A DNA stretch of 64,000 bases from Gemmatimonadota bacterium (GTDB taxonomy: Bacteria > Latescibacterota > UBA2968). The position numbers were made by a program, and so were the translations under genes. The notes beneath the pieces are model-generated. The model made no database searches, was not told the origin of the DNA, and saw nothing but the letters and a program-made list of their open reading frames with translations. The DNA is taken from positions 529,285-593,284 of the forward strand of contig PBWH01000005.1 of the NCBI GenBank assembly GCA_002727195.1. Direction: 5' to 3'. Below, in pieces: positions 1-9,376 of this stretch (within the stretch, counting starts at the first letter, position 1; each line of letters begins with the position of its first letter).

Positions 1-1
1 C

Positions 2-115
2 GTGGGGAACAAATACCGATTGGTTGTCGCGATCAAGTACGCTTATCAGGTTGTCTATATAAGGTTTGTGGGCACACATCGCCAATACGACGGAATCGAC
101 GTTCACGAGGTCTGA
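2..115 (+). CDS. higB: HigB-family type II toxin (mRNA interferase), C-terminal part; the 5' end lies outside the window
   Basis: The frame starting at nt 2 reads GNKYRLVVAIKYAYQVVYIRFVGTHRQYDGIDVHEV, then TGA at 113-115. This resembles the conserved HigB C-terminus (NKYRL...IRFIGTHxEYD). The stop lies 3 nt before the antitoxin ATG. It is absent from the ORF track because it has no start in the window. Confidence 0.7.
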   Translation: MGNKYRLVVAIKYAYQVVYIRFVGTHRQYDGIDVHEV

Positions 116-118
116 GGA

Positions 119-472
119 ATGAACATCAAACCAATCAAAACGAAATCCGATCATCGAGCTGCTTTGAAGGAGATCGACCGGCTCTGGGACGCCAGGAAGG
201 GCTCCGCCAACGGTGACAGGCTCGATGTCCTTGTTACGCTCGTCAAGGCTTGGGAAGACAAGCACCAGCCGATCGATCCCTCAGACCCCATCGAAGCCAT
301 TCTCTTTCGTATGGAGATGGAAGGACTCACCCGGAAGGACCTCGAACCCTACATCGGACCCAGACAGAGGGTCTCTGACATTCTTACAAGGAAGAGGTCT
401 TTGTCCCTCAAGATGGTTCGGAAGCTTCACGAGGGGCTGGGAATAGCTGCAGAGGTCCTGATTCGCGAATGA
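119..472 (+). CDS. higA: HigA-like HTH antitoxin
   Basis: 117-aa ORF placed 3 nt after the HigB-like stop. It has an N-terminal KSDHRAALKEIDRLWDA segment and a C-terminal HTH-like segment (LTRKDLEPYIGPRQRVSDILTRKRSLSLKMVRKLHEGLGI), typical of HigA-type antitoxins. Confidence 0.7.
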   Translation: MNIKPIKTKSDHRAALKEIDRLWDARKGSANGDRLDVLVTLVKAWEDKHQPIDPSDPIEAILFRMEMEGLTRKDLEPYIGPRQRVSDILTRKRSLSLKMVRKLHEGLGIAAEVLIRE

Positions 473-606
473 CATTTCTGGCCAACATCCCGATTGTCTT
501 CGCTTGGCTGGCTGGTTCGGCCGCCGCCGAACCGTGTCTGTCGAGACTCACCTTCACCGTCGCTCTAGACAGGAACGATGAGGCTCGTTAGCTCGTTGAG
601 GAGCGT

Positions 607-1928
607 GTGCTTCCCTTTCTAGAAGCCCGTGGGTTCATTCGATCGTCACAGACCCGACGGTACTCTGTGGGTGGGTACGATCGACGCCTTGACGTCCTTC
701 GACGGAAACCGTTGGTCGTGCACTCCGAAGAAGGCCCTCTGGTCGTCAATGCGTGGCCAGGATGGGTCGTATGGTTCGGCAGCACAGCGGCATCGACGTT
801 CTGGACGAAATCGTCGAGAGTCCCTCTCTAGAACACTTCGAGAAGCATCGCTTCCGCTACACGGGCTATGTCATCAATCCATCGGGTGTTGTCACCACTG
901 AGCGGAACGACGTAGCCGCCACCTTCCAGCCGGTGACACGGGAAGCCATCGAACGCTTCATCGCGGGCGAAGCGTGGGCGGAGTGGGGACAAGGCGATTG
1001 TCGAACTACGGACGACTGCGACTCACCGCTCCAGATCGGGAAACATTTACCCGCGAAGAGGTCGACACACTCCGACAATTTGCCTCAGCGATGGCACTGG
1101 GCTCGGCCCGCTATCTCGACATCAAAACCATCCAGGAAAACACCGAGCGCACATCCGCATTCCTGGCCTCGGTCGCTCGTGAGCTCCGCACCCCAATGAA
1201 TGCCATCAAGGGCTTCACGAACTTCGTCATCCGTCGCGGAGCCAATGAGTTGTCCGACCGCAATCGCGAGAACCTTAACAAGGTCGATCAGGCGTCCGGC
1301 CATCTCCTGGCCATGATCAACGACCTGCTCGACCTGTCAAAAATCGAAGCCGGTCGCATGGACGTGAATGCTGCAACGTTCAGCGTGCGCGAAGCAGTCA
1401 CCACGGCGTGTGACTTAGTCAATCCACTGGTCCAGAAAGGCGTTGAGCTCAGGCAGGTAGTCGGACCGGAAGTAGGCGAGGCACACACCCCTCAGCAGCG
1501 TCTACATCAACCTGCTGAGCAACGCAATCCAGTTTACAGATGAGGGGGTGGTCACTGTCACTCAGGCCGAGGATGACCTGGTCATTGCTGTGGCAGACAT
1601 AGGCAAGGGTATACTCGCAACCGATCTATCCACCTTGTTCGACGAATACCGTCAGGTGGAGGGTGCATCAAGCTCGGTTCAGGAAGGTACCGGGCTGGGA
1701 CTCTCGATCACGAAGCGATTCGCGGAACTGCTTGGCGGGTCCATCGACGTGGAAAGTGAAGTCGGTAAGAGCTCAACCTTCACAGTCAAGATACCCTTCC
1801 GCTACCATGCTGCTAATGAGTGGGAGACACGGAGTGATTCGACACCCTGCCTTCCAGGCCGGACCTTCGGAATTCCCCTCGGTGTCTTCCGTGGTTCCAA
1901 CACCATTGCAGTTGATTACGCGAAATAG
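607..1928 (+). pseudogene. Sensor histidine kinase remnant (Reg_prop-like repeat, HisKA, HATPase_c) broken by several frameshifts
   Basis: Pieces of one kinase lie in different frames. A propeller-type repeat (DGTLWVGT..FDGNRW) is in the frame of 629. FTREEVDTLRQFASAMALGSARY and an H-box-like ASVARELRTPMNAIKGF are in the frame of 974. The N-box INLLSNAIQFTDEGVVTV and G-boxes DIGKGI and GTGLGLSI are in the frame of 1548. The H-box reads ARELRTP where SHELRTP is expected, so the phospho-acceptor His is Arg. Confidence 0.6.
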
Positions 1929-3142
1929 TGCCCAAACACCTTCCGCACGGCCTCGATCGTCTGCGAAATATCCTCGTCGCTATACCGCTCGTCGACGGGC
2001 AGCCGAATCACACCGTCCTGCAGGGCGTCCACGTTAGGACAACTGTCCGGATCGTATTCGACATCCTTCCAGAAGCTCGGTGGCTCCTCGGCGAACGGAT
2101 AGTATTGACGGTTCTGAATCATCTCCGTCCGCAAGATGTTTCGCACGGCCGACATGCAATGTCCCGCCGGCACGCCCTCCGCTTTTAACGCCTCCACGAT
2201 CTCATCCTTGGATGGATTCTCACCCGTATACCTCACACCCAGCGGCCACCACGACGCCTCACCCTCATCCACCAACGTAGGAAACTCGAGATTCGGTACA
2301 TCGGCGAGTTCATTATAGTATCGCCTGACGATCGCTTCACGCCGCTCAACCAGGCCTTCGAGCTTGTGCAGCTGAGCGATCCCGACGGCTGCCTGCAGAC
2401 AGGTTGGCCGGTAGTTCATGGCGAAGAAGGGTACTGGCTGCATTCCGTGACGCAATCCCCCGCCGCGCACGTACGTCTTGTCCCGATACAGCGAAGCGAC
2501 TCGTGCGACCTCCTCATCGTTTGTCAGCACGAACCCGCCGTCTCCCGTCGACATCTGCTTCGACTCGTTCATGCTGAAGCCGGACGCATCCCCAATGGTG
2601 CCGACGAGCTGTCCCTTATATCGGGCGCCGTGCGCCTGGGCGCAGTCCTCGAGAAGCCGAACGCCCGTCTCTTCACGAATCTTCAGAAACTCGTCGACGG
2701 GGCAAGGCAACCCGGCCATATGGACCGTGATCATAGCCTTCGTGCGGTCGGTAATCCGCTCTCTCACGGCCGTCGGTGAGATCAACCTCGTCTTCGGGTC
2801 GATATCCGCAAAAACCGGCACTGCGTGCAGCGCAAGAATCGCCGCGACCGTTCCGATGTCCGTCATCGGATTGGTGATCACTTCGTCACCCTCTGACACG
2901 CCCAGGGCAGCCAGCGCCACGTGCAGAGCAGCTGTACCTGAGGTGACCATCACGCAGTACGGCACCCCGAAGAACCTCGCCGTCTCCTCTTCGAAATCCT
3001 TCACTTTGCCGTCGACACCCATCAATCGGCCAGACTCCAGAACCTCCTGGATCAGCTTCATCTCTTCATCGCCGTAGCGATTGGTCACCTGGTAGGGCGT
3101 CGGCTTCGCTTTGGGACCTCCATCAATTGCCAACCTGCTCAT
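1916..3142 (-). CDS. DegT/DnrJ/EryC1/StrS-family PLP-dependent sugar aminotransferase
   Basis: Motifs present: LAIDGGPKA, SGTAALHVALAALGVSEGDEVITNP, and a PLP-Lys region SMNESKQMSTGDGG. The start is taken at the internal ATG (MSRLAIDGG, cat at 3140-3142), which is preceded by an AAAGAGGA RBS. The 61 codons upstream in the track ORF are Arg-rich and unlikely to be coding. Confidence 0.85.
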   Translation of the reverse strand: MSRLAIDGGPKAKPTPYQVTNRYGDEEMKLIQEVLESGRLMGVDGKVKDFEEETARFFGVPYCVMVTSGTAALHVALAALGVSEGDEVITNPMTDIGTVAAILALHAVPVFADIDPKTRLISPTAVRERITDRTKAMITVHMAGLPCPVDEFLKIREETGVRLLEDCAQAHGARYKGQLVGTIGDASGFSMNESKQMSTGDGGFVLTNDEEVARVASLYRDKTYVRGGGLRHGMQPVPFFAMNYRPTCLQAAVGIAQLHKLEGLVERREAIVRRYYNELADVPNLEFPTLVDEGEASWWPLGVRYTGENPSKDEIVEALKAEGVPAGHCMSAVRNILRTEMIQNRQYYPFAEEPPSFWKDVEYDPDSCPNVDALQDGVIRLPVDERYSDEDISQTIEAVRKVFGHYFA

Positions 3143-3342
3143 AATCCTCTTTCTCAATGATCGATCCCGTTTCCGAGGGACCCTCCCACGCTTTCCTTCG
3201 CATATTCGAGTCTTCGTGCTGGGAGTTTTGTGCCTTTGTGGTTGGATCTCGTACTGCGGCCATCTCACTGACTGGTGTGGCCGATGCGTGCGCCGTATCA
3301 TGGTGAACCTTTCCGTCAGGATCAACCAGCAAGCTGATTCAA

Positions 3343-4696
3343 GTGGCCGTGGACTCCAGTCAGATTGACCCGATCTTCAGCCATCTCGTTGATACAGACC
3401 GGCCGGTATGTGCGGTCTCCGTCGTATTGAACGGCAAGATGGTCCAGGCAGCCGGCTATGGCTCAGCTCGATTACGCGATTCCCATCACGCCGTTCACAG
3501 TTTTCCACGTCACGTCTGCATCCAAGCAGTTCACTTGCTACACCATCCTCCTACTCGCCGTCGACGACAACATCCGCAAGCACATCCCCGAGCTGCACGA
3601 CTTCGGCTACACGATCACGATTCGCCATCTCGCCCATCACACGAGGGGTATCAACGATCACTAGACGCTCCTGCAGATGGCCGGATGGCGGATGGACGAC
3701 GTCATCACCCAGGAACACATCCTCACAATGCTGTATCGGCAGCGGGACCTGAACTTCGTGCCCGGCGCCGAACACCTTTACAGCAACTCCGGCTACGCGC
3801 TGTTGGCCGATCTTGTCTCCCGTTTCGCCGGCACCCTGTTTTCCGAGTTCTGTCAGCGCGAAATCTTCGACCGGATCAGCACGTCGACTACCCACGTCCA
3901 CGATGTCCATCAGCGGATCGTACTGAACCGGGCCTATTCATACGATGACGTTGATAACGTCTACGAGATTCGTGTGCTGAGTTTCGCCAACTGTGGCACG
4001 ACCAGCCTGTTCACCTCGGTCGAGGACCTTGCCACGTGGATGATTCATTTGCAGGAGCAACGCGCGAGTGGGGATCCTGCCCTGAAACGGTTGACTGAAC
4101 GCGAGGCGCTAAACGACGAGGTGGAGAACGCCTACGGGTTCGGGCTGACCGCTCGCGAATGGCGCGGCTCAGATGCTATCCAACACAGCGGAAGCGACGC
4201 CGGTTTCCGGAGTCACCTGCTGATGATACCGGAGCATGGCTTCGGCGTCGCCGTTCTGTGCAGCGTTCCGTGCGGTCCTCAGCGCCTGGCCTTCGAAGTG
4301 GCTGACCACTGCCTGGCGGACCACCTTGATCCGGCTGAAGAAGAAAAATCGAATAACCAAGGCCACCAGTCAGAGACCCAACCGGATCCGCTGGCCGAGG
4401 ACGTGATGTCCCAGTACCTTGGCGAATACGAGAGTCAGGAACTTCAGACGCGTTATTGGCTTCTAATGAAAGGCGGCCATCTCCGTGTGCGTCACCAGAG
4501 ACATCGCGATATGGAAATGACCTGCCTGGGTATCGATCGATTCAAGGGATCACAGCGATTCCTCAACGCGATCAGGTTCACGCGCAACAACGGGCAGATC
4601 GACGGATTTCTGGCCGATGGCGGCGATCGAGTCCGAAGTTTGAGGTTCGAGAAAGTCGAGGGCAGGAGAGAAAACACAACCGGAGAACATGCATGA
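3343..4696 (+). pseudogene. Serine hydrolase / beta-lactamase-family (class C / PBP-like) gene, disrupted
   Basis: The SxxK motif (TSASKQF) and YSN motif (HLYSNSGYALL) are present. The N-terminal 40 codons (frame of 3343) are out of frame with the SxxK segment (frame of 3458), giving a frame change near 3440-3470. An in-frame TAG at 3662-3664 (RGINDH*TLLQMAGW) separates ORFs 3458..3664 and 3677..4696, which share one frame. Confidence 0.7.
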
Positions 4697-6039
4697 AGCT
4701 CAAGACACTTATTTTGACGATGTGCCTGACACCGACCGCACTGTTCGCATCCGACTGGCCGCAATGGCGCGGATCAGACATGAACGGCATCAGCCAGGCG
4801 ACGAGACTCCCGGCGGAATGGAACACCGAGTCCAACATCATCTGGAAGGTCGACCTGCCAACCTGGAGCGGTGGAACACCGGTCATCCACGGCGACTACA
4901 TCTTCCTGACATCACCATCAGCACCTGAAGCGGTCGAGCAGATGCCCGAGCCCGAACGGCAGGGCAGACGTCGGCGGCGCGGGCCAAGGCGTAACCCGGG
5001 CGGTGAAGACCTGATGCTCCTGGCTTTCTCGCGTGAAACCGGCAAGGAACTCTGGCGAACAGTCGTCGATCAGGGCAACCACTTGTGGCGAAAGCACAAC
5101 AACACTTCGCCCTCACCTGTCACGGACGGTGAGCACGTTTGGGTCGTGACGGGAACGGGACAGGTCGCGGGCTACACCGTCGAAGGTAAGCAGGTCTGGT
5201 CGTTCAACCTGCAGGACCTCTACGGCGAGTTCGGCCTCCTCTGGGGATACGCGTCCTCTCCCCTGCTCTACAAAGACCGACTCATCTTGCCGGTACTGCA
5301 CGGCATGCACACGGACTGGCCGTCGTATGTCGTCGCTTACAACAAGTTGACCGGTGAGCGGATTTGGAAGCAGATCCGCAAGACGGATGCGCTGCGGGAG
5401 TCACCCGACGCCTACACGACCCCCGTCGTGCTCACTCACGGTGGCAAGGACCAGATCGTCATCTCCGGCGCAGACTATGTCACCGGCCACGACCCAGATA
5501 CAGGTAAAGAGCTGTGGCGTGCGGCGGGTCTGAACCCGAACCAGGAAGGCAACTACCGGATCTGCGGGTCCCCCGTTGCCGTGGACGGGATCGTCTATGC
5601 CACCTCTCGGCGGAAACCGATCATCGCGCTGAAGGCCGGCGGAACGGGCGACATCTCGGAAAGCCACCTAGCATGGAAATGGGACGGCGCGGGCGCGCCT
5701 GACGTCCCCTCCGCAGTCACCGACGGCACGCACTATTTCATGGTAGACGACCGCGGCCTCGTCAGCTGCCTCAACGCCAAGACGGGCGAATCGATCTGGG
5801 GCCCGGAGCGGACGTCGCAGGGCACGGTCAGTTCCTCTCTTGTACTCGCTGACGGTAAACTCTTCATCCTGAACGAGAACGCCGTGACCACCGTCGTGTC
5901 TGCAGGCGCGGAATACAAGCTCATCTCCACGAACGAACTGGACGGCAGCTACACGCTGTCATCTCCCGCCATCGCCGGCGACAGTATCTTCATTCGTACG
6001 GGTCAGGCTCTCTACCGAATCGCAAAGGGGTCATCCTGA
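4693..6039 (+). CDS. Secreted PQQ-like (BamB-type) beta-propeller repeat protein
   Basis: The internal ATG at 4693 gives a signal peptide (MKLKTLILTMCLTPTALFASDWPQWRG). Repeated motifs of PQQ-like propellers are present (W..........P.....V.......G.v.a.d..tG...W). The ATGA overlaps the upstream stop. Confidence 0.75.
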   Translation: MKLKTLILTMCLTPTALFASDWPQWRGSDMNGISQATRLPAEWNTESNIIWKVDLPTWSGGTPVIHGDYIFLTSPSAPEAVEQMPEPERQGRRRRRGPRRNPGGEDLMLLAFSRETGKELWRTVVDQGNHLWRKHNNTSPSPVTDGEHVWVVTGTGQVAGYTVEGKQVWSFNLQDLYGEFGLLWGYASSPLLYKDRLILPVLHGMHTDWPSYVVAYNKLTGERIWKQIRKTDALRESPDAYTTPVVLTHGGKDQIVISGADYVTGHDPDTGKELWRAAGLNPNQEGNYRICGSPVAVDGIVYATSRRKPIIALKAGGTGDISESHLAWKWDGAGAPDVPSAVTDGTHYFMVDDRGLVSCLNAKTGESIWGPERTSQGTVSSSLVLADGKLFILNENAVTTVVSAGAEYKLISTNELDGSYTLSSPAIAGDSIFIRTGQALYRIAKGSS

Positions 6040-6068
6040 GCGTTTAGCGAATGAGCCCTTTGGGATCT
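6030..6068. repeat. REP-like element, family A (gtcatcctgagcg...gcgaa...ccc-loop-ggg)
   Basis: gtcatcctgagcgtttagcgaatgagccctttgggatct. Confidence 0.6.
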
Positions 6069-6147
6069 GGACCAAGGTCGGCGGAGTCTACCAGTAGATG
6101 GTCCAGAGCGCCGAGAGATCCTTCGGCTTCACCTCAGGATAACGTAG

Positions 6148-7140
6148 ACCTATGTCATTACCAGAACTCTGGAAACACAGCGCTTCGACGTCACCGACGA
6201 AGACCTCGGCTTCCTCACTCGGTGCGGCGTTAATGCCATGGCCGCTGACGTGAGGCTTTCTCTGCCGAATATCGACTAGGAAGTCGACGATCTCGGCCGG
6301 ATGAAGGAGAAAGCGGCTGAGTACGAAGTCGATCTTGAGATGGTCGCCCTGCCGCAGAACAAGCTCGGCAACGACGGCGAGTGGACGCCGAACTACATGC
6401 GCGGCAATTTCGAGAAGGGGGAAAAGGAAGTCGAGATGGTCTGCAAGATGGTGCAGGCCGTGGGCGAAGCAGGGATACCCGCGATCAAATACTTCCTGTG
6501 CGAAATGGAGAACCAGCGAACAGAAGCCGTCCCACTTGGACACGGTGGCGTTAGCTACTCAACTTGGGATCTCTCGAAGGCAGACTCGGAGGATCAGCGT
6601 TGGGAAGAACGCGTATCAGCCGAACAGAACTGGGAGCGTGTGACCTTCTTCCTCGAAAGCGTCATTTCCGTCGCCGAGAAGTACGAGGTTCGCGTGGCCT
6701 GCCATCCTTGCGATCCCTGACTGCCGCCCGGCTACCGAGGCGTTGACCGGGTCATCGGCGGATACACCGGTTTCTCCAAGCTCATCGAGACCTGCGAGAG
6801 CCCCTATCACGGACTCAACCTGTGTCTCGGCTGCATGGCGGAAAGCGTCGAGAATCCTAGGTAGGATGTACACAAAAGGATCCGCTACTTCGGCGAAAAG
6901 CAGAAGATCCACCTGATCCACTACCGCAACATCCGCGCCGGCCAGAAAAAATTCTAGGAAGTCTATCCCGACGAATGCGACGTGGACATGCTCGTCCTTA
7001 TGCAGACGCTAAAGGACATCAGTTACCTCCACATGATCGTCCCCGATCACGCCCCGCAACACGACGCTTCCGGCCATCTTGAGCAGGCCTTCGCCTTCCA
7101 GTTCAGCTTTATCCAGGCCATGCTGTTAGCCGTTGAGTAG
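6148..7140 (+). pseudogene. uxuA: Mannonate dehydratase (UxuA)-like TIM-barrel gene with multiple in-frame stops
   Basis: A single frame (phase of 6301) reads UxuA-like sequence: FDVTDEDLGFLTRCGV, EKYEVRVACHPCDP, SPYHGLNLCLGCMAE, KIHLIHYRNI, DVDMLVLMQTLKDISY, IVPDHAP. It is interrupted by TAG 6277-6279, TGA 6718-6720, TAG 6862-6864 and TAG 6955-6957, with a further TAG at 6145-6147 just upstream. No frameshift is needed. No plausible start codon is seen. Confidence 0.6.
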
Positions 7141-7160
7141 CTGAAGACAGAACCCGACCG

Positions 7161-7195
7161 ATCATCCTGAGTGACGGTGTAGCACCGAGGATGCG
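7161..7195. repeat. REP-like element, family A variant
   Basis: atcatcctgagtgacggtgtagcaccgaggatgc. Confidence 0.45.
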
Positions 7196-7378
7196 CTCTG
7201 CCATTCGGGCGCAATTAGAGCCGCCGTATCGAAGGACGATCGCTCATCATCCAAAATCACAGGGCCCTTCGATATGGCTTCGCGAGGCAATCCCTAACAG
7301 CAAAGGCCCGGTCTCCTGGTCAACCGAGCCTACTTAGGGTGAACGGTCTCCCCCTGCCTGTTGCCTATTGCCCCGACT

Positions 7379-9184
7379 CTATTCCCCGTTCTGATACTGC
7401 AACTGATGCAACCGGTAGTAGATCCCACGCTGCTCCAGCAATTCCTCATGCCGACCCTCTTCCCGAATCTCCCTATTATGCAGAACCAGTATCTTGTCCG
7501 CATTCCGGATCGTCGACAGGCGATGGGCGATCACGATTGACGTCCGGAACGACATTAGCCGCTCTACCGCCTCCTGGATCCACACCTCCGTCTCCGTATC
7601 CACGTTCGACGTCGCCTCATCCAGCACGAGCACATCGGGATCCGCCGCTAGCGCACGGGCAAACGACAACAGCTGTCTCTGACCGACCGACAGGGAAACG
7701 CCTCTCTCATGAACCTGTTGCTGATACCCGTCCGGCAGCTTGTCGATAAACCGGTCCGCGTTCACGTCGTGAGCCGCTTGACGAACCCGCTCGTCGCTCA
7801 CATCCGGTGAGCCTAGGCTGATATTCGTCTCGATATCACCTGCGAACAGGAACACATCCTGCTGAACCACCCCGACGCGGCGACGCAACTCTTCCGGATC
7901 CCACTCCCGGATGTCGACCCCGTCGACGAGAATCGCGCCCTTCTGGATCGGGTAAAACCCGCAAACGAGATTGATGATCGTGCTCTTCCCCGCGCCGGTC
8001 GCCCCAACCAGGGCCAGGCTGTTCCCCGCATCCACCCGGAAGGACACATCCTTCAGGATCCAGTCCTCGTCAACATAGGCGAACCACACATTCTGGAACT
8101 CGATCTCACCACGGACTTCCTCCGGCCGATGATCCCCGCCTTCCGGCTCGGGTTCCGCCTTGAGCAACTCGAAGATCCGCTCCGACGATGCCATCGCCAC
8201 CTGGAGCGTCATAAAACGGTCAGCTATGTCCCGGATCGGCATGAAGAAGCGAGGCACATACTGGAGCATCGCAACGAGCACACCCCACTCGATATACCCG
8301 TCGACCACGCGTCCCCCGCCGATCCAGATCACCAGCCCCATCAGCATGACTCCGCTGAGTTCCATAAACGGGAAGTAGAGCGAGTGATACATCGTCCCCG
8401 TCAGTCGCGTTCCGAGGTAGTCGTCGTTCCCCTCTTCGAACTTGTCCGCGCGCCGCTTCTCGAAGCCGAACAACTGCACAACCTCCATACCCGAGATCGT
8501 CTCCTGAAGCGACGCCGCAAAGGACGCAAACTTCAATCGGGCTATCCGGAAGGACTGGAAAGACTTCGCCTGCAGCCAGACCGTCGCCACGCTCCCGATC
8601 GGTATAGCCAGACACGTCACAATTCCGAGCTGCACGTCCATGTAGAAGATGTAGCCGAGAATCGCCACGATCGACAGGATGTCGCTGAGGATGGACACGA
8701 CGCTATCCGTGAACATCTCGTTGAGGGCGTCCACGTCGCTCGTGTTCATCGCCATCAGACGACCGATCGGTGTCCGGTCGAAATACTGGAGGGGAAGCTC
8801 CTGAAGATGGGAGAACAGCTCAAGCCGCACGTCACGCATGGCCCATTGACCGATCATGTTCGTCGCCCAGCTCTGGTAGTAACCGACGATGAACTGAACC
8901 ACGAGTAACGCGACATAGATCAGGATCAGCGTCCCGAACCCATCGACCTTCCCCGGCACGATGTAGTCATCCACGCCGATCTTCGTCAGATACGGACCCG
9001 CCTGCCGCGTCATCGACGCGATCAGGATGAGCACAAACGTGAACGCGACCCACCAGACATACGGCTTCAGGTAGCCGAGCAGACGCCACATCAACCGGAC
9101 GTCAAACCCCTTCTTGTCCTCTTCACCTTCCTGTGCAAGTGGACGACCGGCTACCGTGTGCCGACCACCTCCGCCACTCATCAT
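7379..9184 (-). CDS. ABC exporter, fused permease/ATPase (MsbA/MdlB-like), half of a heterodimer
   Basis: 601 aa with a six-TM ABC_membrane region. Walker A is GATGAGKST, the signature is LSVGQRQ, and Walker B is VLVLDEATS. Confidence 0.9.
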   Translation of the reverse strand: MMSGGGGRHTVAGRPLAQEGEEDKKGFDVRLMWRLLGYLKPYVWWVAFTFVLILIASMTRQAGPYLTKIGVDDYIVPGKVDGFGTLILIYVALLVVQFIVGYYQSWATNMIGQWAMRDVRLELFSHLQELPLQYFDRTPIGRLMAMNTSDVDALNEMFTDSVVSILSDILSIVAILGYIFYMDVQLGIVTCLAIPIGSVATVWLQAKSFQSFRIARLKFASFAASLQETISGMEVVQLFGFEKRRADKFEEGNDDYLGTRLTGTMYHSLYFPFMELSGVMLMGLVIWIGGGRVVDGYIEWGVLVAMLQYVPRFFMPIRDIADRFMTLQVAMASSERIFELLKAEPEPEGGDHRPEEVRGEIEFQNVWFAYVDEDWILKDVSFRVDAGNSLALVGATGAGKSTIINLVCGFYPIQKGAILVDGVDIREWDPEELRRRVGVVQQDVFLFAGDIETNISLGSPDVSDERVRQAAHDVNADRFIDKLPDGYQQQVHERGVSLSVGQRQLLSFARALAADPDVLVLDEATSNVDTETEVWIQEAVERLMSFRTSIVIAHRLSTIRNADKILVLHNREIREEGRHEELLEQRGIYYRLHQLQYQNGE

Positions 9185-9376
9185 ACTAAATACATCCCTT
9201 AAAGAACCTCGTTACCCTGCAACCCTATTCGTTCGTCAACAGCGCGCAGTGCCCGCGTGATGATACGGCCTCCGGCCGCGTCGAAGTGTGCTGATTCTTT
9301 CGCTTACAGGCGCCAACGCGCAACACCTGCGCGACTGGAAGCCGCGCAAACGCACCCCCCGCCCAACCCTTCCGCC

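Noticed and set aside
1-472. The HigB/HigA pair as a marker of a defence island or integrated element.
   Set aside because: Only a standard two-gene TA module is visible, at the window edge. There is no integrase, tRNA attachment site, restriction or abortive-infection gene nearby, and the adjacent gene is a decayed kinase.
3662-3664. In-frame TAG/TGA codons (3662, 6277, 6718, 6862, 6955, 27858) as pyrrolysine/selenocysteine recoding or a reassigned stop codon.
   Set aside because: TAG and TGA both terminate many intact genes in this window. No SECIS-like hairpin or pyl/sel machinery is visible. The affected genes also carry frameshifts, deletions or missing starts, so ordinary pseudogenisation is the simpler reading.
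8129-8908. Long ORFs antisense to well-supported genes. Examples are 8129..8908+, 14964..15701+, 16386..17087+, 19605..20477+, 20542..21780+, 41152..42102+, 43770..44525-, 50647..51327-, 53084..53914-, 57619..58449- and 58585..59832-.
   Set aside because: They lie entirely inside genes with clear family motifs on the other strand. They have Arg/His/Pro/Gly-rich, low-complexity-like composition, which is typical of shadow ORFs in GC-rich DNA, and they carry no recognisable motifs.
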